A stretch of 52,673 nucleotides of DNA from Ilumatobacteraceae bacterium (GTDB lineage Bacteria; Actinomycetota; Acidimicrobiia; Acidimicrobiales; Ilumatobacteraceae). The translations under genes were made by a program, and so were the position numbers. Position 1 is the stretch's first letter. The number at the start of each line of letters is the position of its first letter. The DNA lies in the NCBI GenBank assembly GCA_041686315.1, contig JAWLEC010000001.1:1-52673 (forward strand). Direction: 5' to 3'. Under the pieces are notes generated by a model. That model saw only the letters and a program-made list of their open reading frames with translations. It made no database searches and was not told the origin of the DNA. Of the stretch, positions 27,991-36,949 are shown in pieces.

Positions 27991-29798
27991 CAGTCACCAC
28001 CTGCCCCGGGCACCGGTGCAGTCACGCTGCGCGACGGCGCACCATCGGGGTCCGGTGGCCCGTCGGCATCCTCGACGGCCATCGCCGCCAGCACGTCGCG
28101 GTAGCGCGGTTCGGTGTCGAGCAGCTCCTCGTGCGGTCCGGAGGCCACGACGAGTCCACCGTCGAGCAACACGACCGTGTCGGCCAGCGCAATGGTGCCG
28201 GGCCGGTGGGCGATGACGATCGTGGTGCGCCCGTCCATCACGGTGGCCATCGCCGCGCGGATCTCGTGCTCCTTCGACGGGTCGACCGCCGACGTCGCAT
28301 CGTCGAGCACCAGGATGCGCGGGTCGGCGATGATCGCCCGGGCGATGGCGATCCGCTGGCGCTGCCCGCCCGACAGCGAGTAGCCGCGTTCGCCGAGCAT
28401 CGTGTCGTAGGCGTCGGGAAGGCCCATGACGAAGTCGTGGGCGCCGGCGAGCCTGGCCGCGCGCTCGATCATGTCGCGGTCGGCATCGGGACACGCGAAC
28501 GCGATGTTGGCGGCCACCGAGTCGTGGAACAGCAGCGTGTCCTCGAACACCACCCCCACGGCCCGGCGCAGTTCGTGCAGGCTGAGATCGCGCACGTCGA
28601 CGCCGTCGATCGCCACGCTGCCGGCATCGACGTCGTAGAACCGCAGCAGCAGACGGGCCACCGTCGACTTGCCCGAGCCGGTGGCACCGACCAGCGCCAC
28701 CGACTGGCCGGCGACCAGGTCGAGGTCGAATCCGTCGAGCACCGGAGCCGCGGTGTCGTATCCGAACCGGACACCGTCGAAGCGGACGGCGCCGACCTCG
28801 CCGCCGGTGGGCAGCGGTGTCGGACGGGCCGGGCTGGCCACCTGGGGCACCGTGTCGAGCACCTCGTTCACCCGCTCGAGTGCCGCGCCGGCGCGCTGCG
28901 CCCAGGCGATCGTCATGCCGATCATCCGCAGCGGCCACACGAGCAGCGCCACGAAGAAGTTGAACTGCACGAGCTGGCCGAGCGTGAGGTCACCGTCGAT
29001 CACGCGCATGCCGCCGAGGCCGAGTACGGCGATCAACCCGAGCTGCGGCAGCAGTTCGATGGCCGGCAGGAACTTCGCCCGGATGCGGGCGGCGCCGATC
29101 GAGACGCTACGGATGTCGTCGGCCTCGGTGCGCAGCCGGTCGGCCATCACCTGTTCGGCGCCGAACCCCTTGACCACGCGGACACCCCCCACCGACTCCT
29201 CCACCACGGTGGCGAGTTCCGCCTGCTCGGCCTGCACCTGCAGCACGGCTCCGTGGATGGAGTTGGAGAAGCGGCGGCCGGCGACGTTCACGAGCGGCAG
29301 CGGCGCCAGCGCGACGAGGGCCAGCAGCGGATCGGTGACGAACAGGATGACGGCGACGGTGAGGATCATCGCCAGGTTCGACAGCGTGACCGGGATCATC
29401 ACCACGAACATCTGGATCTGGTTGAGGTCGCTCGAGGAGCGGCTCATCAACTGTCCCGTCTGCGCTCGGTCGTGGTAACCGATGTGCAACGACATGATGT
29501 GCCCGAAGAGCTGCTCGCGCAGGCGCGTCTCGGTCCAACGGGCTTCGCGGAAGGCGTAGAACCGGCGCAGCGCCGTGAACGTGCCGGCCATCACGCCGGC
29601 GACGGCGATCAGCAGCGCCCACAGCCAGAGCAGCTCGCCCTGTTCGATCCCCCGGTCGATCCCGTAGCGGACGAGGATCGGCACCGACACCTTGCCCGCC
29701 ATCCACACCAGCCCGACGATCGTGCCGATGGCCAGGTTGCGACGCTGCGCACGCAGCGTGGCGCGCAGCAGCGCCCAGCGCGAGCGGGCGTCAGACAT
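27990..29798 (-). CDS. ABC exporter, fused permease/ATPase (heterodimer partner A)
   Basis: 602 aa. Walker A is GATGSGKST, the signature is LSGGQRQRIAIARA and Walker B is ILVLDDATS. The stop/start TGATG overlaps the downstream partner by 1 nt. Confidence 0.9.
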   Translation of the reverse strand: MSDARSRWALLRATLRAQRRNLAIGTIVGLVWMAGKVSVPILVRYGIDRGIEQGELLWLWALLIAVAGVMAGTFTALRRFYAFREARWTETRLREQLFGHIMSLHIGYHDRAQTGQLMSRSSSDLNQIQMFVVMIPVTLSNLAMILTVAVILFVTDPLLALVALAPLPLVNVAGRRFSNSIHGAVLQVQAEQAELATVVEESVGGVRVVKGFGAEQVMADRLRTEADDIRSVSIGAARIRAKFLPAIELLPQLGLIAVLGLGGMRVIDGDLTLGQLVQFNFFVALLVWPLRMIGMTIAWAQRAGAALERVNEVLDTVPQVASPARPTPLPTGGEVGAVRFDGVRFGYDTAAPVLDGFDLDLVAGQSVALVGATGSGKSTVARLLLRFYDVDAGSVAIDGVDVRDLSLHELRRAVGVVFEDTLLFHDSVAANIAFACPDADRDMIERAARLAGAHDFVMGLPDAYDTMLGERGYSLSGGQRQRIAIARAIIADPRILVLDDATSAVDPSKEHEIRAAMATVMDGRTTIVIAHRPGTIALADTVVLLDGGLVVASGPHEELLDTEPRYRDVLAAMAVEDADGPPDPDGAPSRSVTAPVPGAGGD

Positions 29799-29801
29799 GG
29801 G

Positions 29802-30167
29802 TCACGTGGTCGCAGCCCCCGGTCTCAGGAGTTCGGCGACCCGTTCCTTGGGCCGGCCGATGATCGCCGTGTCGGTGGTGACCACCACCGGGCGTTGCAG
29901 GAGCTGCTTGTGCTTCACCAGCACGTCGACGATCTGGTCGACGGTGGCGACGTCGTCGTCGGTGAGGCCCAGCTTCTTCCACATGCTGTCGCGCCGGACG
30001 AGGTCGGTCGGGTCGCCGTCGAGCTTGGCGATGATCGCGCGGAGCGTGGCGGCGTCGGGCGGGTCCTTGATGTACTTCACCACGTCGACCTCGACGCCCA
30101 GCTCCTCGGCAATGCGCACGGCATTGGCGGAAGAGTTTCAATGCGGGTTGTGGTAGATCGTGGCCAC
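29802..30167 (-). CDS. ArsC-family (glutaredoxin-type arsenate reductase/Spx fold) protein with in-frame TGA at the catalytic Cys position (candidate selenocysteine; alternatively a pseudogene)
   Basis: The ORF track lists only 29802..30119. The same frame continues upstream as (GTG 30167) V-A-T-I-Y-H-N-P-H-TGA(30140-30138)-N-S-S-A-N-A-V-R-I-A-E-E-L. Compare E. coli ArsC TIYHNPACGTSRNTLEMIR. Downstream matches are LVRRDSMWKKLGL, LLQRPVVV and IGRP. An alternative ATG lies at 30203. Confidence 0.6.
30102..30135 (-). promoter_or_regulatory. SECIS-like stem-loop starting 2 nt 3' of the in-frame UGA
   Basis: mRNA sense: CUCUUC-cgc-CAAUGC-cgugc-GCAUUG-cc-GAGGAG. Two 6-bp helices (one G-U pair) are separated by a small internal loop. 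The 5-nt apical loop contains G and begins 18 nt after the UGA. Confidence 0.4.
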
Positions 30168-30266
30168 GGGCGTGCCACCGGCGCTGTCGTCGTGCGTCCC
30201 CATGGCCGCCAGGTTATGTCGCCGTCACTCACTGCCTCGTATCGATTGCGACACCCGTCGCGCAAG

Positions 30267-30791
30267 ATGGCGGCTGCCGACTCCCCCTTCGACGTCCCGA
30301 CGAACGAGACGACACGCGATGAGCGAGGGGAAGCCATGTCCCACTTCTGCACCGGCCGTCACCTGCTGCGCGCCGGCGACCGTATCCACGACGAACTCGA
30401 CGCCCTCGGGGTGGTCTCGATGGCGCTCGCACCCGAGCCGGGGATCGGCGAGACCATCGCCCTGGTGCTCGACCGCGACCACCGCAGCCGTGAGATCGTG
30501 ATCGTGAACGACACGCCCGGCGGCGACGACCTCATCGGCGTCGTCGAGTGGCTGTGCGCGGCCGTGCGCAGCGGTGCACGGCCCGACGTGGGCGGCTACG
30601 TGGTCGCCTCCGTCAGGCCCCGCCAGCCGGTCGAGCCCGACGACGTCGGTCGGTGGTGCGAGGCGAGCGAACGCTGTGCGGCCGCCGGTGTCGAGCTCGT
30701 CGAATGGTTCGTGATCAGCGGCCACCGCGCTGCCGACGTGTCGTGCCCGCGCGATCTGATCGGCGAGCCGCCACGCTGGCGACGCCGCTGA
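30267..30791 (+). CDS. hypothetical protein
   Basis: In-frame ATG 30267 (alternative 30336) within ORF 28131..30791. The composition is protein-like (IALVLDRDHRSREIVIVNDT...VELVEWFVISG...CPRDL). It is faintly reminiscent of a degenerate RadC/JAB-like fold, but I do not assert this. Confidence 0.5.
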   Translation: MAAADSPFDVPTNETTRDERGEAMSHFCTGRHLLRAGDRIHDELDALGVVSMALAPEPGIGETIALVLDRDHRSREIVIVNDTPGGDDLIGVVEWLCAAVRSGARPDVGGYVVASVRPRQPVEPDDVGRWCEASERCAAAGVELVEWFVISGHRAADVSCPRDLIGEPPRWRRR

Positions 30792-30794
30792 GGC

Positions 30795-31091
30795 TCAGGA
30801 CGTCGCCGGCGAGGCAGCGATACGCGCGCGGCGTTCGGCCGGCGACAGCCGGAGTCCGGCGGCGCGCAGGCGGCGCACGAGTTCGCGGCTCTCGACGTGC
30901 TGTGCGCCGGCGGCGAGCAGGTCGTCGCGGTACTCCTCGGGGATGTCGTAGTGGTCGCCCTGGAAACCACGACGGGGAATACCCGCCGCATCGGCGAAGT
31001 CGTGCAGCTCGTCGTAGGAGACATCGCTGACCAGATGGCACCACTTGCGGCCGCGCCACCACCAGCGCGCGTCGTCGATGAGGATCGCCAT
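30795..31091 (-). CDS. DUF4031-like small protein
   Basis: 98-aa tail of ORF 30795..31328 from MAILIDDARWWWRGRKWCHLVSD...LHDFA..IGIPRRGF..DHYDI, which is typical of DUF4031. Confidence 0.7.
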   Translation of the reverse strand: MAILIDDARWWWRGRKWCHLVSDVSYDELHDFADAAGIPRRGFQGDHYDIPEEYRDDLLAAGAQHVESRELVRRLRAAGLRLSPAERRARIAASPATS

Positions 31092-31181
31092 GACGCCAGT
31101 GTGGCACCTTGCGGACGTGCACCGTCGAAGGAGCGGAGTCGGACGAGCGGACTCGCGCGACGAGGTGACACACTGGGCTCG

Positions 31182-31811
31182 ATGACAGCTCACGACGTCG
31201 AACTGCTCACCGCGTGGCAACGACACGTGGGCCACGACACCGGCCCGCTCGACGGGCTGCTGGCACGGCACCGCGAGAAGCACCGTCGCTACCACTCGGT
31301 CGACCACGTCGTCTGGGTCCTGCGCCACGTCGACGAACTCGTCGCCGAGGAACCCGTCGGTGACGTCGCGGCGATCGCTGTGGCGGCGTTATACCACGAT
31401 GCGGTGTACGAGCCGGCCTATCCGGCCAACGAACGGGCGAGTGCCCGCCTCGCCCGTCGCGATCTCGACGAACTGGGCTGGGACCGTGACCGCATCGACC
31501 GGGTGTCCGACATGATCGAGGCGACGGCCACCCACTGTGCGCCCGCCGACGTCGACACGGCGGTGCTCATCGATGCCGATCTCGCGGTGTTGGGGGCCGA
31601 ACCGGCGGCGTACCAGGACTACGTGGAGGGTGTCCGTTCCGAGTACCACAGCCTCGACGACGCCGAATGGGCCGACGGGCGCACCGACGTCCTGCAGCGG
31701 TTCCTCGATCGCGATGCCATCTTCACCACCGACACCGGCCGGGCGAAGTGGGAAGCCCGGGCGCGGGCGAACATCGCCGCCGAACTCGCCTCGCTGGCTC
31801 GGCCCGCCTGA
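31182..31811 (+). CDS. HD-domain-like metal-dependent phosphohydrolase (COG4339-like)
   Basis: ATG 31182 is in frame with ORF 30897..31811. The motifs RRYHSVDHV and ALYHDAVYEP are present. Confidence 0.65.
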   Translation: MTAHDVELLTAWQRHVGHDTGPLDGLLARHREKHRRYHSVDHVVWVLRHVDELVAEEPVGDVAAIAVAALYHDAVYEPAYPANERASARLARRDLDELGWDRDRIDRVSDMIEATATHCAPADVDTAVLIDADLAVLGAEPAAYQDYVEGVRSEYHSLDDAEWADGRTDVLQRFLDRDAIFTTDTGRAKWEARARANIAAELASLARPA

Positions 31812-31822
31812 TCATCGCCGCC

Positions 31823-33178
31823 TCATCCCCCGGCATCGGGTCGGGCGGGTTCGACGGGACGGACGGGGTCGACGAGAGACGCCGGACGGGCGGGCGGAGA
31901 GATCACGCCCTGCTCGATCTCGGCCTGGACGTCGCGTTCGAGAACTGCATAGACCGTCACGGCCGTCAGGGTGACCGTGCCCATCAGCACGATGGCGCTG
32001 CGCAGCCCGATCACCTCGGCGAGCAGGCCGAGCGGCGCCGCAGCGATCCCGAAACCGGCGAAGCTCAGCATCATCAGCGACTGGACGCGGCCCTGGTGGG
32101 TGTCGTCGGTCATGTTGAGTGCGATCGAGTTCGACATCGACTGGTAGCCCGTGGTGCCCGCACCGACGAAGACGATCACGGCGAACGCCAGGAAGAACAC
32201 CGGCGCCAGCCCGAACACGATCACACCGGCACCGAACACCATCCCCGACACCACCATCAGCCTCCACACGCCGGCGCCGTCGGCCCGGCCGGCCAGCGGC
32301 ACGGCGACGAAGACGGCACCGATCGAACTGGCCGACATCATCAGGCCCACCCAGCCGTCACCGAGCCCGAACTCGCCCTTCACCAGGGCAGGCACGAACG
32401 CCACGTAGTTGAAGCCGAACATGATGACCAGGAACGAGCTCACCACCAGCCGCCGCAGGCGGGGACGGGCTCGCACGTAACGGACACCGTCGATGATCTC
32501 GGCCAGGGGTTTGGCCGTCGACGTGGACCTCGGTGCGTTGCCGGCCGGGCAGCGCATCAGCAGCACGAACGAGCCCAGCGAGAACGCCGCCGACACGAGG
32601 TACGCGCCACCGATGCCGAAGAACGCCAGTCCGGCGAGTGCGCCGGCGGCCGACGGCGCGAAGACGCGGGTGCCGTTCATGCTGAGCATGGCGAGGGTGA
32701 TGGCGTTGCCGAGTTGCTCGCGACCGACGATCTCCGACGTGAACGCCATCCGGGTCGGCCCGTAGAAGCCGAACGCCACGCCCTGCGTGAGTGCCGCCAA
32801 CAGCAACATCCAGAACTGCACCAGGTCGGTGACGACCATCACGCCCATGAACACCGCGGCGACCAGGATCGCCCCCTGGCTCACGAGCAGCACGCGTCGC
32901 TTGGGCAGGCGGTCGGCGGCCACACCGCCGAACGGCGTGGACACCAGCATCGCGGCGCCGAAGCACAGGTAGACCAGACCGAGTGCGCCCTCGCGTTCGG
33001 TGAGGTCCCAGGCGAGCACCCCGCGCAGCAGGAACTGCATCTGCACGGACATGAACGAGAACGTCCCGGCCCACCAGAGCTTGCGGTAGTCGGGCAACCG
33101 CAGCGACGAGAACGACGCGGCGACCCCCGGACGAGCTGACAGCACCGGACCACTCTGCCCCGTGCCCGCCCCGATCAC
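31823..33178 (-). CDS. MFS transporter
   Basis: 451 aa with ~12 TM. DRLPKRRVLL (the MFS loop 2-3 motif) is present. Confidence 0.85.
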   Translation of the reverse strand: MIGAGTGQSGPVLSARPGVAASFSSLRLPDYRKLWWAGTFSFMSVQMQFLLRGVLAWDLTEREGALGLVYLCFGAAMLVSTPFGGVAADRLPKRRVLLVSQGAILVAAVFMGVMVVTDLVQFWMLLLAALTQGVAFGFYGPTRMAFTSEIVGREQLGNAITLAMLSMNGTRVFAPSAAGALAGLAFFGIGGAYLVSAAFSLGSFVLLMRCPAGNAPRSTSTAKPLAEIIDGVRYVRARPRLRRLVVSSFLVIMFGFNYVAFVPALVKGEFGLGDGWVGLMMSASSIGAVFVAVPLAGRADGAGVWRLMVVSGMVFGAGVIVFGLAPVFFLAFAVIVFVGAGTTGYQSMSNSIALNMTDDTHQGRVQSLMMLSFAGFGIAAAPLGLLAEVIGLRSAIVLMGTVTLTAVTVYAVLERDVQAEIEQGVISPPARPASLVDPVRPVEPARPDAGG

Positions 33179-33292
33179 TCACTCGGAGCCGGATGGCTGG
33201 GCCGGTGACGACATCTGCGGCGGTGCGCCGTGCCGACCCGACGACCCGGCCACGGGGGCTCTGTCGCCGACGGACCGGAGCGCGACGCTGCG

Positions 33293-34555
<1,263 letters not shown>

Positions 34556-34796
34556 GGTGGCCTCCTGGTGGTGGGGAACGAGGGTTCTCCGGAGACCGAC
34601 AGCGTCACCCGCCGCCGGTGTCCGGCTGGTCGGGCGAGTTCCACGATGGTTCAGCGGCGCTGAACTCGTGAGCCCCGCCGGACCCGTACCGGAATGAGTA
34701 CGGGTGCGGGGACGCGTGCTGCTGCGACTGCACCTGCTGCGACCATGACGGCAGCGACGAGAAGAGCGGCGATCAGCACGAGGAGAAGCGTAGCGC

Positions 34797-35111
34797 ATGT
34801 GGTTCACTGAACACATGACGGATCTCGAAACGATGCCCGAGACGACCACCCGCATCGACGTCGACACCGACGAGACCACGGAGACCGACGAACCGACGAA
34901 CGCTCACATCGTGAAGACGAAGCGGGGCGAGAACGCCGCCGCCGTGGTGCTCGAAGCCCGCATCACGGGTACTCCTGTGGAGGCCCTGTGCGGCTACGTG
35001 TGGGTGCCGTCGCGCGACCCCAAACAGCTGCCGGTGTGCGAGAAGTGCAAGAGCGTGTACGAGATGTACAAGGCGTTCAACGACGGCCTGCGGGACATGC
35101 CCACCGACTGA
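34797..35111 (+). CDS. DUF3039-like protein
   Basis: 104 aa. AHIVKTK..., ALCGYVWVPSRDPKQLPVCEKCKSVYE is the conserved actinobacterial Cys pattern. Confidence 0.7.
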   Translation: MWFTEHMTDLETMPETTTRIDVDTDETTETDEPTNAHIVKTKRGENAAAVVLEARITGTPVEALCGYVWVPSRDPKQLPVCEKCKSVYEMYKAFNDGLRDMPTD

Positions 35112-35160
35112 GATCCCGATCGGGCCCCGATCGAGATCACCGACGGGAGAGAACGACACG

Positions 35161-35652
35161 ATGTCCGAGTTGCGCATCCGTCAGGCGGTGCGGGCGCTGC
35201 TGCTCACACCCGACCGGCACGTGCTGCTGGTGCGGTTCGAGTTCCCGACCCGCACGGTGTGGGCGCTGCCGGGCGGGGGCCTGGATCCGGGCGAGACCCA
35301 TCTCGATGCGCTGCACCGCGAGCTGGTGGAGGAGGTGGGCCTGCACGATCCGGTGGTGGGCCCGCACGTGTGGAACCGCGAGCACATCATTGCGTTCGAG
35401 GACGGGCAGTGGGATGGCCAGCAGGAGCGGTACCACCTGGTGGAGACGCCCGAGCGCTTCGACCCGGCCCCGACGCTCAGCTGGGAGCAGCTGCGCGCCG
35501 AACGCCTCCACGAGCTGCGGTGGTGGCATCTCGACGAGATCGACACCGCCACGACCGACGACGTGTGGTTCGCTCCCGAGAGGCTCGGCGTCCTGCTCCG
35601 CGACCTCGCCGAGCACGGCCCTCCGCGCAGCCCCGTCGACACCGGCGTCTGA
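35161..35652 (+). CDS. NUDIX hydrolase
   Basis: The Nudix box is GGGLDPGETHLDALHRELVEEVGL. Confidence 0.85.
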   Translation: MSELRIRQAVRALLLTPDRHVLLVRFEFPTRTVWALPGGGLDPGETHLDALHRELVEEVGLHDPVVGPHVWNREHIIAFEDGQWDGQQERYHLVETPERFDPAPTLSWEQLRAERLHELRWWHLDEIDTATTDDVWFAPERLGVLLRDLAEHGPPRSPVDTGV

Positions 35653-35684
35653 CGGCGTCGGCCTGCGACCCCTAACGTGAACGC

Positions 35685-36872
35685 ATGCGGATCGTCGACT
35701 GCACCACGTTCGTGATCGCCAACCCGCCCCCGCACTTCGGTGGGCGGTACTTCATCGTGGTGAAGCTCACCACCGACACGGGCGTGGTCGGCTACGGCGA
35801 GATCTACGTGGCCACGGTGGGGCCGTACACGGTGGCGGCGATGGTCGACGACGTCGCCGACCGGCTGGTGATCGACGCCGACCCGAACCGGATCGAGCTG
35901 CTGTGGCGCCGGATGTACTCGTCGGGTTACGCCCTGCGTCCCGACCCCACCCTCGTGGGGATCATGAGCGGGATCGAGATGGCCTGCTGGGACATCGTGG
36001 GCAAGGACGCCGGCAAGCCGATCTCCGATCTGTTGGGTGGGCGGGTCCACGAGCGCATCCGCACCTACACCTACCTGTACCCGGCGGAGGGCCGTCCGGA
36101 CGTGTACACCGATCCTCGGCAGGCAGCCGAGCAGGCGGCGTTCGAGGTGGAGCGCGGGTTCACCGCGGTGAAGTTCGACCCGGCGGGCCCGTACACCGCG
36201 TTCGACGGGCACCAGCCGAGCGCCGACGACATCGACCGGTCGGTGGCGATCACCGCGGCGATCCGCGGTGCGGTCGGTTCGCGCGCCGACCTGCTGTTCG
36301 GCACCCACGGGCAGTTCACCGCCGCGGGGGCGATCCGGCTGGCCCGCCGGCTGGAGCCGTTCGATCCGCTGTGGTTCGAGGAGCCGACGCAGCCCGACCA
36401 GCCCGAGGAGATGGCGAGGGTCGCCCGCCAGACGTCGATCCCGGTCGCCACCGGCGAACGGCTCACCACGGTGTCGGAGTTCGCGGCGCTGGCCCGGCAC
36501 CAGGCGGCGGCAATCTGGCAGCCGAACCTCGGGCGGTGCGGCGGCATCCTGGCGGGCAGGAAGATCGCCGCGATCGCCGAGGCGTGGGGGTGCCAGATCG
36601 CACCGCATCTCTACTCGGGCCCGATCCTCGGTGCGGCCAACATCCAGCTCGCCGCCACCCTGCCGAACCTGTTGATCATGGAGGGCATCCAGGACTGGTC
36701 GGGTTTCCACGCCGACCTGCTCACCCGGCCGGTGGAGTGGGACGCCGGCGACGTGATCCCGTCACGCGAGCCGGGCCTCGGCACCGAGCTCGACGAGGAC
36801 GTCGCCCTCGCCCACCCCTACCCGGCCGACGGCGACCTCCACCTCTCGATGGTCGACACCCCCGTCCGCTGA
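35685..36872 (+). CDS. enolase-superfamily enzyme (mandelate racemase/muconate lactonizing family, sugar-acid dehydratase-like)
   Basis: 395 aa with an N-terminal capping domain plus a barrel. The pattern FKLKxG-like AVKFDP, WFEEP and GERL is present. Confidence 0.8.
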   Translation: MRIVDCTTFVIANPPPHFGGRYFIVVKLTTDTGVVGYGEIYVATVGPYTVAAMVDDVADRLVIDADPNRIELLWRRMYSSGYALRPDPTLVGIMSGIEMACWDIVGKDAGKPISDLLGGRVHERIRTYTYLYPAEGRPDVYTDPRQAAEQAAFEVERGFTAVKFDPAGPYTAFDGHQPSADDIDRSVAITAAIRGAVGSRADLLFGTHGQFTAAGAIRLARRLEPFDPLWFEEPTQPDQPEEMARVARQTSIPVATGERLTTVSEFAALARHQAAAIWQPNLGRCGGILAGRKIAAIAEAWGCQIAPHLYSGPILGAANIQLAATLPNLLIMEGIQDWSGFHADLLTRPVEWDAGDVIPSREPGLGTELDEDVALAHPYPADGDLHLSMVDTPVR

Positions 36873-36882
36873 CGTCGCCAGC

Positions 36883-36913
36883 CGTTCGTCAGGGGTCAGA
36901 CCCCGGACGAACG
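36883..36913. terminator. Hairpin (family C core) between convergent genes
   Basis: CGTTCGTC-a-GGGGTcagACCCC-g-GACGAACG. The GGGGTCAGACCCC core is the same as at 7445-7457. Confidence 0.5.
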
Positions 36914-36949
36914 TCGGCCCGGGATCCGCTCGTTGCATCTCGGGCGTGA

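Noticed and set aside
29802-30119. Taking the track ORF at face value as a 105-aa ArsC-like protein starting at GTG 30119.
   Set aside because: That model deletes the active-site strand and loop of the fold, while the upstream in-frame sequence still encodes IYHNP. The truncated model is kept only as the pseudogene alternative in the finding.
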